64,000 nucleotides of DNA from Eledone cirrhosa (lineage: Eukaryota): positions 376,898,001 through 376,962,000 of the forward strand of contig OZ024740.1 of NCBI GenBank assembly GCA_964016885.1, read 5' to 3'. A program made the translations under genes and the position numbers. This document shows positions 13,141-27,570 of this stretch, in pieces (the stretch's first letter is position 1; the number at the start of each line of letters is the position of its first letter). A model generated the notes under the pieces. The model made no database searches and was not told the DNA's origin. It saw only the letters and a list, made by a program, of their open reading frames with translations.

Positions 13141-15651
13141 ACATATTACATTAAATTCTCTACATATTATATATCCATTATTGTATATAATATAATTAAG
13201 CTATAGTAGTTATATTAAAAGGTGGCAACTTTATGTTCATTTCTAATAGTTATTGTAGAGTATAAGGTTGGAGATAGATAGGAGTTGTGTAGAGGAAAGA
13301 GCTGATCAAAGAGTGTGTTGCTGTGGGGGCGGATAAGTCCTAGAGGTGAAGTGTTAATGGTGGTGAGGAATTCAAATCTGACATTGTTATATACTAGCAG
13401 CTAGGTTTAAATTATAGAACGAGTGTCGGTAGTGGTGCTGGTATGAGGAAAATACCTCTGATTTTCTATTTAGGAGGTCTAGTTTCGAAAAGATTATAGT
13501 ACGGGTCTCTAGAAGACAGAGGTTACACAATTTATTCGGTGGTTTATATGATGTGGCCCTACCTATTACTTCCCATTGAAGTGTAAATGGTCTATTACTA
13601 GTTTTCAGAGAGCCTACGTAAGTAGATAAAAAGTGGAGTTGGCTAGATTGTGTTTTTTGAAAGAGTGGATGTGCGAGTTGTATCTCGTCTTGAAGCAGTT
13701 CGAAGTAGAGCTAATATATGTTTCATAAGAGTTGTTTGCGTTGACCGTGCATGAGTAAATGATGTCTTATTTAAGCAATTATTACCTAAGGGGCAAGTTC
13801 TATTAGTTCTACAGTTACATTTATTGTGGATGTTTTCTTGCCAGTTACTATGTTGTGTAGAAGTCTGGTTGCTAGGGATAGCATTAGGGTAATGATGGTT
13901 GTCATTCCTAGTGTTATTGATTTCATTAGTGCTATTACCATTATTACTATTATTACGACTAGGATTTACAGGTACTAAGTTTACCTCCTGTTGTGTTTTA
14001 ATTAGTTAGAAATAATTATTAATCTTCCTTTTATTACTACTAGCTATATGGTATGCGATGTTAGGTGTGGTAGAGTAAGAGATTTTAATGGTATTTTTAT
14101 TGATAAGATTATGGTACTTGTGGCCGGATGGGAAGTTTTTTTCTAAGATTGAGAAGAAAGCCTTAGGCAAGTTGGTATAGACGTTTAGATTGAAAGAGGG
14201 ATTGAAGAATGTATTAGTTCTTCTATTTTTGTTTTCCGTAATGTTTTTGAGGTATTTGTATTCCTGTTTATATTATTATTGTGGTGTTTACTTTGGTGCG
14301 AGTTAAGTTTGATATTACCCTTCATATTAGAGTTATAGTGGCTAGTATTTTTATTATTTTTCCTCATGGCCATATATGTGATTTTATAGGTAGGAATTCA
14401 ATCCCATTCTATGTCCTGATTTAGCTAAGGCCTCATTATAGTATTGGGAAAGATTAGAGATTATATTAGATATTCCTTTAGTAATTGAGTTTAATATGGA
14501 TTTAGGGTGGTTAGAGTTGGTATTCACATAAATTAGTTTTTTGTTTGGTTTATGAAAGGGTGTGTATATTTTAGAGTCCAGGCAAAGGGTAGTATCAAGG
14601 AAGTTAACGTTTTTAGTGTTTTTTATCTAAGATGATACTTAAGTTGAAGTTTTTGAAAATGTTATGTAATTGGTACCTAGTTCTTTCTATATTAAATGTT
14701 TTATAGTCTATAAGTAGTAGTGCATCATCGCGGTATAAACCACCATTGAGGTAGGGTAGGTTCTTATGAATTTCATTTAGTAGATATAGGCCCACCAAAT
14801 CAGTGACCTGCGCCGAGTCACTAGATCGCATAGTTATGTCAAAGTTGTTATGCTTATCCTTGCGGGTCCATAATTGATCTTCAAACGTAATTATGGTTTT
14901 TCGGGCCGCAAGTATGACATAAATTTGGGATCTAGTCAGGTCACTATTGTTCATGGCCATAATTAAAGCCTTATTTAATAGGATAGGGGAAATAGAGGTG
15001 TAGTATGAATTGATATCAAATTATATAATTAATTTTTTTATTTTTATTCTCTTTAATATCCTTGAACCATTCAATAACTTCACCTGTATTTCTCCATTGG
15101 TTAAGATATATTTTGTGCTTAAATTGTGGGATGATCCTATCTAATATTTTCTTGCTGATAATACCAATGTCAGATTTGGAAGGGCAAATTAGTCTTATCG
15201 AAGGGTTACTAATGTGGTCCTTCAGAAAGAATCTGGGGAATTAGTGGTGTATGGCTGTGTATGTCTCTGAAGTCCCAATTTACACACTATACTATGGCCT
15301 TCTATATTTATATCTTCTAGATTTTTAGTAGTAGTTTTCTTATAGCTCCTATGCAGTTCTTTATATATAAATGTTCTATATGCATTGTAATCTAAGCTAT
15401 ATATATTATTAGTTTTATCTGCATGTACTAGAATTTTTTTTTTTTTTATTAAATCCTTTAATAGTGGAGTTAAAGTTGTTTAAGAAGCTGTTGTTTCTAT
15501 TACGATGTTTTTTGTACCTTATGTTCTTAACTAGTTTAAGTAGATCATTTTCAAAAGAGTTTAATAAGGTGTTGTGAGGAGGGCTTTTAAAAGTTTTAAA
15601 GCCGTATGAGTCGAAGTTGTTTGTATCTCTGTTTTTGTCTGATCGGTTTCC

Positions 15652-15771
<120 letters not shown>

Positions 15772-15963
15772 ATAGCATTATTCAGTTTCCGTTATATATG
15801 TATATATTTTTTTTTTAGTATATGTTGGTTGTTTACCGACACCTCAGTATACAGATTGGAGCACTCGACAAAGTACGCAGGTTGGTTTGTTTACTCCGGA
15901 GTAATGTAAAATTATTAAGACAAATATGTAAAATTTGGCTTCGTTTATTATAAATTAAATATT

Positions 15964-16018
15964 ACTGCTATATATATTTCGGTGACAACCATCATTGGCT
16001 GTGACCTCTTCAGGCAGT
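15964..16018 (-). ncRNA. Type I hammerhead ribozyme, intact core
   Basis: actgc CTGAAGA ggtcacagccaatgatggttgtcacc GAAA tatata TA gcagt. Confidence 0.85.
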
Positions 16019-16123
16019 CCGAGTTGGAATAACAACACACGCAGGAGCTGGACTTATCGATGTATTGACGGAGTAAAACACACTTCAACAACATGTGTAC
16101 CTGTCTTTTCCACACCAATTCGG

Positions 16124-16178
16124 ACTGCCTGAAGAGGTCACAGCCAATGATGGCTGTCACTGAAGTATATATAGCAGT
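16124..16178 (+). ncRNA. Type I hammerhead ribozyme, A15.1>G variant
   Basis: actgc CTGAAGA ggtcacagccaatgatggctgtcact GAAG tatata TA gcagt. Confidence 0.75.
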
Positions 16179-16228
16179 AATATTTAATTTATAATAAACG
16201 AAGCCAAATTTTACATATTTGACTTAAT

Positions 16229-16313
<85 letters not shown>

Positions 16314-16659
16314 TATCGATGGCAGACATGATAAATAGTGGTCAATACCAATGTAAAGAACATTATATATTTTTATTACATAACTGTGATTACCATCAAT
16401 TTCTTCTCTGACTCTCGCGGGGTACCTTTGGTTATGCAACAGGAAATAATATGTTACATAACACACCATATATTACAATTATGATGGCTTTGGTGAAAAC
16501 TAAAAACCTTGTTTCAGAATGAAACTATACTATTGGACATTATCATTTAAACAGTAAAAAAGGAATTTAAGTTTCATCAACGTTTACATATTAAACAAAT
16601 AAAAAATAGAGCGGGAAAAATTAAATAGCGAAAGTAAGGGAAAGAGAGAGTGACCGGCT

Positions 16660-17400
16660 GACGAAGTCATTGACGCCACTTGCTTGCATCAACACCCACA
16701 ACCTCAACCATTCTGCCTCTCGGGGTTCCTTACTGAGTCGGGATGCACTCCTCTAGATTTTACGAAGGATCTCATACTTCTTGACGGTGACCGGCACGGA
16801 AACAGTAGGTCAAGTTCTAGTACTTAGCTATTTTCCTCTTCTCCGCGTTATAAGCAACGGTGACCGAGTTTGTAACCGAAACAAGGTAGAAGGCGGAAAA
16901 GGTGTCGCCCAAGATTAAAGATTTACCTCCTACAAACGGGACGAGGGTTAGCCCCTCTGGGTGTATAAAATCACGATGCTTATGATCGGCAGGCTCCAGT
17001 TGTGACAAGAAACCGTCTGCATTTAGTTGTCTTCTGGTGACGTCGTTCATGGAGGCGAGTCGAGATGACTGACCTACATTGTAGTGACTAGAGAGGGAAT
17101 ATGGTTCGAACTCGTAGACAATGATACCACGATGGGATTTGTATGGTTCACACTTGCGGTACACTCATCATCAAGAAGGCTACAGGTTGATTAGAAGGGT
17201 ACCGAATTGAGCCACGCGCCGCTGTTGGGCTACGAGGCCGAATTAAGGTGGGGCGAATCTGTGTTAGTCCAGGGAAAACTAGATCAGCATAAACGTTGAC
17301 TTGCACTTGATGCATTACCGATTGTGTTGGATAGCCGCATCCTCAACCGAAACGGTTAGAGTTCATTTGTGTTCCCAGTCCGGCTGTAAACCTCACTAGT
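16660..17400 (-). mobile_element. Decayed CRE-clade non-LTR fragment (RLE-endonuclease region)
   Basis: SGAWLNSVP..LDDE, LEP..PEGLTLVPFVGGKSL..DTF..AEKRK..KY and EPREAEWL; homologous to 27571-28090. Confidence 0.7.
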
Positions 17401-17756
17401 GAGGATGTTGGAAATAAGCCAGCTGTGCCAGATCAAATATTACTCGGCGAGCTAAGTTACCTAACTACACGGAGAGTTTCGTATGTTGCCAACCCGTAGC
17501 ATTGAATCTAACATTACAAATCAGGTTAACGCAGCGATGGGTGATAGAATTTACACTTTTTAAAGCATTCGTATTACCAAATGAATGTTTGGTTATTATG
17601 AAAATAGAGTTTTGAGACACTTTTTGAAAGTTGTGTTGATATAATAATTTCATATGATTAGAAGGCTAAACAATGCGTATAAAATTTAATGTAGTGTTTT
17701 ATTCATAGATTTTTGTCAGTGACATTTAGCATTTAAAAGCTTGAGATCATATATTT

Positions 17757-17848
17757 TGTAATATATGATATCTAATGTAATATATGATATCTAATGTAAT
17801 ATATGATATCTAATGTAATATATGATATCTAATGTAATATATGATATC
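17757..17848. repeat. 19-bp minisatellite (tgtaatatatgatatctaa), about 4.8 copies
   Basis: Direct reading. Confidence 0.92.
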
Positions 17849-18681
17849 GACCTTTCAAATTCTAAATCTCACACATACAAGAAGAAATAGAAAATATGCC
17901 ATAATATCTGTAATCTGTTCCTTCAAATTCTAACAGCTTTAAGTATCACTCAATTAAAACCCATGCCTTTTCAAGCTTTGACAGTTAACCAACTTTAAAC
18001 CGTTACTGATGTGAAAAAATAAAACAGGTCTTATATGACTTCAACTATGCTTTTTCAAACTTCGAAACAAAAGAGAACTTATGAACCTACTTAGGAAAGA
18101 AAATCAATAATATACCCTAACAGCTTTTAGGATGACTTCAACTAAAGCTTGTTTTTTTCAAACTTCAATCATTATCTGGCGTGAAATAACAAAGCAGATC
18201 GTACATTCACTGTTTAAAATCATTTAGACTGAACATTTTCTGACTGAAACATAACGTGTGACTAAAGTTGATATTCTTTTATTCACTTGCTATGTATAAA
18301 TAAATATGTACTAATTGACCATATATGGGGCGACTAGATCACTGAATAATTATTCAGGGTTTTTTAATCTATTAAAAAATGCTTACACGATGAGCATATT
18401 TAACCGACTACTTCCTCACAACGCGAATATTTCTTACGGCTGTCGATTATATTTGTTTGAAAAATAAAATAAAATACACATTAAAGGTAAAATAAAATGC
18501 ATTAAGTGACGTTAAGATCTGTTTTGTTTGTGTGTGTATGTGTATGGATGTGTGTATGTGTATGGATGTGTGTATGTCTTTGCGTGTGGGTGTTGTGTGT
18601 GAAGCATCATAGAGCAAAGTATTAGAAACTTACTTTCAATTTACGAACCTAGTTTATGTTGTTTAGGCCGAGACAGGTCAT

Positions 18682-18858
18682 AATTGTTTCTACTTGTGGC
18701 ACAAGGCCAGCAATTATCCCAGTGTATTACTGGTACTTTATTTTGTCGACCCCGTAAGGATGAAAGGCAAAGTTAACCTCGGCGGGATTTGAACTCAGAC
18801 CATAAAGGGCCGTAACTCTTTGCTGCAGAGCATGGCGTCAGACCTCTACCGATACTGC
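18682..18858 (-). mobile_element. SINE
   Basis: SINE consensus; TSD gtcataat. Confidence 0.9.
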
Positions 18859-19794
18859 GTCATAATATGCCAGAATTATGTTCAATGACATTCCAGCCGT
18901 GAAATCCAGTCTTTTTAAGGCACTGTACACCCCACCCAGAACCAGAATAACATTATCTAATGTGTCCTTCATTAAAACAACATTTGAGGAAAGTTCTATT
19001 GCCATCTCCAGTAGGTTGCGAAATTACCTATAGTGTCTGATATTGTACCATCATATGAACATTATATTTTCGTCCTTCAGAGAATGCATGTCCTTTAAGC
19101 TAGATAGAAATATACATTTTTTTTTCTTTTAACTCAGAACAAAGTTGATGGGAAAATGTTATACTCTTGATGCTTTTTCCAAGTAGAGTGAAATACCTAC
19201 AACATGGACTTGAAGCAGTACGGTATCGACTCTTCGAGAATTTTGCATTTTTACTACGGTGTTAGTAAAGCAATTTCTTTGAATCAATTGCGGTGTGTAT
19301 ATCCAAAATAATCTACAGATATGACTATAGATTTGTTAGAGAAAAAAAAAACAGTTCATTTCCAAACCATCTATAGTTTATATAATGTTGTTGTTACTGT
19401 TATTTTCTGAGTATATCTTAGAATGAATTTCATGTTACGTTTATGAACTTTTTGTCGCATTTTTCATACATATCCATAAGGAATATCTATATTATCATAT
19501 ACTATTCTTCTTTTATTACTTATTATGTTACAAATTATTTTCGTTTTGATTCTGGCGTTTCCCCTTCTTAAGTGTGAATACAATCTTATATGTGCATGTG
19601 TCTTTATTCGTAATAGTATATATGTATTATGCCCAGATGTGTATGAAATCCTAGGATGCACATATACATATATATGCATATATGCACACACACATATATC
19701 GAATAATTCTGAAGAAACCAATACAACAAAGCAGGGTTGTGTACACACGTGTAAATAATACCTCTTAATTCGTACTAGACTGGGGCAAAAATAA

Positions 19795-21182
<1,388 letters not shown>

Positions 21183-21730
21183 TCTAAGATATCACGATAT
21201 CACACTTTCAAGCTAAATTTCTTTTTTCTTTGGTAGCTTAAACGAAATATGTCTTTGCTTCATTCTTTTGTAGTTGTTCTTACTTTGTTTACACTGTTTA
21301 CATTCATATTCTATTTCCTCGTTGATTCTTCTGTGTTTTCTTTCATTTTGTTAATTTTCTTCTTGAGAAAGGAAGCACTTAGGTCAAATCAAAACTAAAA
21401 GAAGCTTCTATCATAAAAAATAACCTTTCTTCGCTACTTGACTGACTACATCAAGGAATTTTTCGGTCTTACAAGAAAATTATATTATACACATAAAAAT
21501 ATTTCTACGTTGTGAACAAGAGATAAAATGTTTTCTTGAACATTGTGAAAGGGTGTTATAGATGGGACGATTGAGACGAATGGAGTGATATTTCTTGAGT
21601 ATCCTCTATAGTATTATATCATGATGCAGAAGTCTCCCTTAACCAATTCTGGTACAACGCATTGGGATAGCTATACAAAAAGGAGAATATGATACAATCA
21701 ATATCTCATATTAGGATATTGTATATGTAC

Positions 21731-21828
<98 letters not shown>

Positions 21829-21872
21829 CGATAAATTAACGGAGCCATAAACCCTCGCCATTGCCTGTAAAT

Positions 21873-22181
21873 AATTCTTTCTACTTTTGGCACAAGGCCA
21901 GCAATTAACCAGTGTATTACTGGTACTTTATTTTATCGACCCCGTAAGGATTAAAGGCAAAGTTCACCTCGGCGTGATTTGAAGTCAGAATGGCAAGGGG
22001 CGTAACTCTATGCGTCAAAGCATGGCGTCCGACCCTCTATCGATACTGCCAATCCACCGTCATTCCCTGTAAATAATTGTTTCTACTATTGGCACAAGGC
22101 CAGCAATTAGCCAGTGCATTACTGGTACTTTATTTTATCGACCCCGTTAGGATGAAAGGCAAAGTTAACGTCGGCGGGATT
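21873..22181 (-). mobile_element. Two tandem SINEs (21873-22059 full, 22075-22181 partial)
   Basis: SINE consensus; tgtaaataat repeated at all three junctions. Confidence 0.88.
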
Positions 22182-22353
22182 GTAAATAATGTGCTCAAAT
22201 AATGTGTAATTAATGCTGTAAATAATGCTGTAAATAATGTGCTCAGATGCCACTGGTTCACTGCCCTTAAACATGCTGTGACTTCTCTCTCCCACGTGTA
22301 GATGGACAGTCACTTTTAAAATTCTCTTAGTGTTGTCTGAAATGTATAGCCTT

Positions 22354-22435
22354 ACACACGCTGAGGAATCGGGGTTATTCCATTTCTGTCAACAACTTAT
22401 TGGTGAAACAGATCTCTTTGGATTTGTACGTGTGT
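22354..22435 (+). ncRNA. Type I hammerhead ribozyme with full stem III (orphan)
   Basis: acacacg CTGAGGA atcgg...ttggt GAAA cagatct-cttt-ggatttg TA cgtgtgt: 7-bp stem I, 7-bp stem III. Confidence 0.85.
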
Positions 22436-22603
22436 TATATAGTTATAGAGGTATTTATTTACGCTTTAATTTATATTTTTAATTATCGTGTCTATAGTCT
22501 GCCTTTCATAGGTTATAGATTCCATACACTGGTGGTTTTTCCCCTGTTTTATTGATAGCGCACTGTATATCTCTCTCTACTGTGTTACCTTTTCAACATA
22601 TTG

Positions 22604-22700
<97 letters not shown>

Positions 22701-22751
22701 GGTGGGTATGTGGATAGATAGGTAGATAGATAGATATATAGATGATAGATA

Positions 22752-25700
22752 AATTTCTTTATTAGCCACAAGAGCACAAAAGAAGGGGACAAATACAAAT
22801 GGGGAGTGTACATACAGGTATATGAAAATAAAACTATTAATAAAATAACAAATAACAATTGATATCCCCAATAGGGGAAGGCGTTACACAGGGGTTGTAC
22901 ACACCCCGAAAAAATGTACAACCCTCATCTCCAGGAGCACCAAGAGTGATTACTCCCTTCCTCTCTTCCTCTTTTTCCTCAACCTACAGGCTTATATAGC
23001 GAGAAGGCCCAACCACTCGGGCCATCTTTGCCACATTCACCCACCTTTCATACAATTTGCTGGGGTACAGTACCTCTCTCTCCATCCTGATTCTTCTTCC
23101 AAAATGATATTTGAAAAAACGAATCAGTTGCTCACCGGAGAGAAAGGTGTCCACCATATAACCTCTTTCACCATAGCCATAACAAATAGGAAAACCGCCT
23201 CTCCCTCGTTTTTGAAGGAGAGTGGCGGTTTGAACATGACAATAGACTCGGTGGTTAACTGGATTGGTCCCACCCGCGACAATAGTCGTTCTACATAGCC
23301 CCACAGGTCGGTAATGCCCGGGCAGTGTACAAAGGCGTGCGCAACTGTTTCCTCGTCGCGCACGCATCTCGGACAGATTTTTTTAGAAGGGTCCCTACCC
23401 GGGCGCCCGTGTCTGTAGAGCTTGTCTAGAACTGATAGATCTCCTCGTTAGCACTGCCAGGCCAGGGACTTTTGGAAGTTGTCCATTGGTCCCGGGCGGA
23501 AGGTCCTACCGAACAGACTGGCCAGTTCGTCCTCCTCTACGCCTAGAGTTTCTCCGAGCGTGTCGCCACTTTTCGCAGTGCCAGTTCCAAAGAGATGCCC
23601 TGCAATAGCTCCAACTTCCGCAGTAGCAGCTCGAGCGTCAGTAAGTACAGAAGGGAGGAGAGAGTTTATCCCTGTTGGATGGATCGCGTGATATGGAACG
23701 GCCTGAGAGATAGCCGTTCACCTCGAGACTTGAGCTGATGTTACTGCTGTGCATTGCAGCAATCCAGCCCCTGAACACGGGTCCGAAGCCTGCCGCCTCG
23801 AGCACCGCATCCAGGTAACGATGGTCAACCCTATCGAACGCCTTAGATTGATCCAAGTTGATCAGGGCCCCACCGAAGCCGGGTTTACACCCTACCCTCT
23901 CTATGATGTATCGCATGAGGAGGAGGTTGTCGTGTATGGACGTGGTCGGGATTGCGCATGTCTTCGCTTCTCCCACAAGGTTTTCGACGACAAGCGCCAG
24001 CCTCTTTGCCAACACCTTGGCCAAAATCTGTAACTCTGTGTTGAGCAGAGTTATGGGCCAGAAGTTGCCTATGTCATCCCCCTTGTTCTCGTCCTTCCTG
24101 ACTAACGTCATTACGCCCTTGGTCACAGAACTGGGAATTCTCCCGTTCTGCTGCTAGTTGTAGTAGACCGCTTCCAGGAGACCGTAGAACAAGTCCGGCA
24201 TTGTTACGTAAAATTCGTAGAGTAGACCGTCGAGACCTGGAGATTTGCGTTTGCCGCATTGGCTCAGCGCATCCCCTATCTCAGCGGCCGACGGCCTTTC
24301 GCAGAACTTCGCCTCGCTGTCCGAGAGTCGCGGTAGGCCGTCGAGGTATGGACCGAAATCCATAACCCCTCCAGGTGCGCCGCCCTACTCGAACATTTGA
24401 GCAAACTGCCGCTGAAAGGCCGCGCACATTTGCTTTGGCTCACGTATCACGCGTCCGTTTTGGTCCTTCAAAGACCGAATCGTGGACTTGTTGCCACTTT
24501 TCGCCTCCGTCACTCGGGCCCAGCTAACAGCTTTGGCTCCCTCGTTTCCCAGAGCAAGTATTAGCTTCTGACAACGCAGCCGTCATGCTTTTTGTCGAAG
24601 AACTGGTCCAATGCCGTTCTCGTCGCTAGCACGCTGACTACGATGCCACTTCTAAGTGCCTCTTCTACTTTATCTACTAGTTCCTTTTCGGTCTTATTTC
24701 TATCTAACACTAATTCTTTACTAAAACCTATCGAGTCTAATCTAACTGCCCTCTTGAGGGAGTACCACCATCTGTTGTTGACAATGGCCCTCGTCAAGTG
24801 CTGCTTAACTAAATCCGTCTACTGTAGGCTTTGCATGTCGGTAACGACAAGTTCAGCTTCCAGTAGCCGGGTTCCTGTCTATGGGTTTTGTCAAGGGTGA
24901 CTAAGCAGGTCACTAATTTGTGATCTGAATAGGCAACCATGAACATTTGTGGACAACTTAACATGTCCCTATCCTTCTTTCTAACTAGAATCCTATCTAG
25001 GTACGATCTAGATGTTCCGCTGCCATTAGTCTACGTTCACAGTGGCACAGTCGGAAAATCGAGTCGATATCTATCGGCCAGGTCAAATCGGCCGATTAAC
25101 TGTTTGAGGCTGTTATACCCCCCTCTATCGGGACATGCTCCCACCTAGTCCCATAGTGCATCTAGGATTCCATTCCAGTCCCCCACTAACAGCAGGGAGC
25201 GGGACGTTCCCAGAAAAGTCTCTAGACATTTGAAGAAGTCTGGCCGCGGTGTCCCGGATGGGGCATATGTGGCCACCAACCTGAAGGCTCCACCTTCACT
25301 ACCGTCAACGTCTAGGACCACCAGTCGACCCTCCGGGTCCAGATGTACCGTCTGTGTTACGAGGTCCAGTTGTTTCCGCAGCAAAACGGGAACCCCACCC
25401 CCACTTCCCGGCTGACAGAGTGATGCGTAGATCACAAAGTCGTCGAAGATGGGGGCCAGTTGTCGCTCGCTGTGGATCATGGACTCGTAAATGGCTACTA
25501 CATCCATACTGTGCGACCTGAGGTCGTTTAAGAGTTTGCCCTGTTTCCAGGGCATCCCCAGGCAGCGTACATTCACACATCCAACTCTTATATTGGCCAT
25601 GTTGGTGCTGAAAAGTTAGAAGAAGAGGAAAAGAAATCACTCACCCCTTCGTCTCCTGGGGACCAGGCTGCACAATTTCCATGGGGGTGTTGGAGGGGTT

Positions 25701-27534
25701 GTTTGGTGGGATGGTAGTCTCGGGCGGAGTGGGGACGGAGATGTTTGGTGGGGAGGGTGTGTCCGGTGGGGTGGGGATGTATGGGGTGGGAGTGTCTGGG
25801 TGGGGGTGGGGAAACATTTCAAAAGGACGCGGTTATAGGGTTTGACGCAGGGGTTACCTACGTCGTTAGGAAATTTTTCTGTTAACTGTTTATGTGTGTC
25901 CATGGAGATCCTAATCATTTTAAGATTAGGATTCTCCGCAGAGTGTGTAAAAGTTTTCCCTTCGGTCTCCACCGAAGGGTTTTTATATATGGTGTCTGTT
26001 AAAGTTTTATTGTTAGTATTTATGTAGGTGTAACATTTTTGTTGTGTTGTGTTGCTTTTTTCTGTGGTTCTTGTGTGTGTTTATGTTTTGTAGTAGGTGT
26101 ATTGTTTTCAGGAGGGGGTGTTTTTGTTTGTGCTGTTTGCGTCGCTTGTATTGGTGTTTGTTGCATTTTTGTTTGTGTTATGTCTTTTCTTTTTTCTTTT
26201 TACTGGTCGGAAAGGCTCTCCCTCATCGTCACTGGGTGACGATGATGAGGCCTCCCCGTGTTGTTGGGGAGAGGTACATTTTGGGAAGCTGTTATGTGTG
26301 TGGGTGTTTCTGGAGTTGTTTTAGGTGGGGAGGGGTTGGGTGGGACGGTGTTTGCAGTCTGGTTTGTTTTTGTGTGTTGTTGTTGTGGTTGTGGTGGTGG
26401 TTGTGTTGTTGTGTTGGGTGTCGGCAGTAGTGCCTTTTTTTAATGTAGTTAATTGAGGACAGGAATCCCTCAGGTGACCACTGCTTAAATAGTGGTAACA
26501 TGAAGGCCGCCTACCTTCAACAGAAATGTTTATGTAGGAATTTCCATCCAGAGGCACACGTTGTGGTATTTTAGCTATCTGTTCTGGTCTCATTTGGACC
26601 AGAACTTCTAGGCTTGTACCGTTGAATATGCTCCTGGGGGACTTTCCTACCGAAATTACTGTATCTTCATCAAAATTGATGAAACCAGCTAATATCCACC
26701 AGATGTTTACATTTGGTGTGATTTTTTTACTTTATTTTTTGGGGTCCTTTTTACCATGTATGTGGGGGAAAAGGTGTAGAGGGAGGACACAATTGGCGAC
26801 ACAGAATATTTCTGTGCCGTCAATTTGTCTTTCATTATTATTGATAAACTCCCGAAGAGTTTTCCCTTCTGTGTGCAGGTAATGTCCTTCATGGAGTTTC
26901 TTAGAACCAGCTCAATTTCGTTTTGAGTTAATTGAACTGGTTTTCTGGTGGTATGTGAGATTGTCATAAAAACTATGGTTTTCAGGACAGTGTCTCTACG
27001 CAATTCTTGGGGAGAAGTGATGCTAAAAGCGCCATTCTCCCCAAAAGTTATATATTGCTTGGCATCTCTTAGCAATTCTCCAGCATTAGAGATGTCAATC
27101 TGTGTATATAGTTCTGTCTTTTGGACAGTTTGTGCACAGGAAACCTTTTTTCCTTGTTTGTGGAGTTGTTCTTGTTGGTGTTGTTGACATGATTGTTGCT
27201 GCTGTTGGTGTTGTTGTCATCATTGTTGCTGTTGTTGTTGTTGTTGTCATTGTTGTCGTAGTTGTTGTTGTTGTTGTTTTTGTAGTTCTCAATTGCTTGA
27301 TCTGTGGTTGCGGAATTCATTTGTCAAGTTGTGTTTTCGTTCATAGCATTGTTGTTATTGTTGTTGCTGGTGCCGCTGGTTGTGTTGTTTTGGTTTGTTG
27401 CCATGGCAACGTCAAGTTGTCGGTCAGCAGGTGGAGAAAATCCTTCCTCTGGCTGACCTATGTCTTTGACATCTGCTACTATGACAGTGGCAGGGGGAAG
27501 CTGTAAGCATATCTTCCCCTTTCCTCCTTCGAAG
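22752..27534 (-). mobile_element. Tx1/L1-clade non-LTR retrotransposon, decayed (ORF1, APE-RT ORF2 with internal deletion, C-terminal zinc knuckle)
   Basis: APE MANIRVGCVNVR..YAP..GDWN (25600-25145); RT KSPGLDGL, WPITLLNTE, LDQSKAFDRVDH; CPRC..ETVAHAFVHC; ORF1 with a CYHY..GH..C knuckle remnant; aataaa near the 3' end; 14-bp TSD atagatgatagata (22738-22751, 27535-27548). Confidence 0.92.
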
Positions 27535-27570
27535 ATAGATGATAGATAGATATATAGGTAGATAGATAAA

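Larger units (their letters stand above)
11325..15645 (-). mobile_element. Penelope-like retroelement, Naiad-like, decayed ORF (~15640-13388) plus 3' UTR and pLTR
   Basis: YGFK and ADKT N-terminal motifs, RT FDITMxSSDSAQVTDLVGL and GGLYRDD, FLD, KPNK..YVN.NSNHP, linker CNCRTNRTCPLGNNC, IIY..YIS, CNLC..E. Multiple frameshifts; HHR at 11742-11828. Clade name is from recalled motifs. Confidence 0.9.
15907..16235. repeat. 121-bp inverted repeat (15907-16027 / 16115-16235), each arm carrying an HHR
   Basis: Near-perfect reverse-complement arms with an 87-bp spacer; the right arm ends in (TA)n. Confidence 0.92.

Noticed and set aside
17757-17848. Regular repeats as a CRISPR array (also 41863-41961)
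   Set aside because: Head-to-tail minisatellites with no unique spacers, no cas genes and a eukaryotic context.
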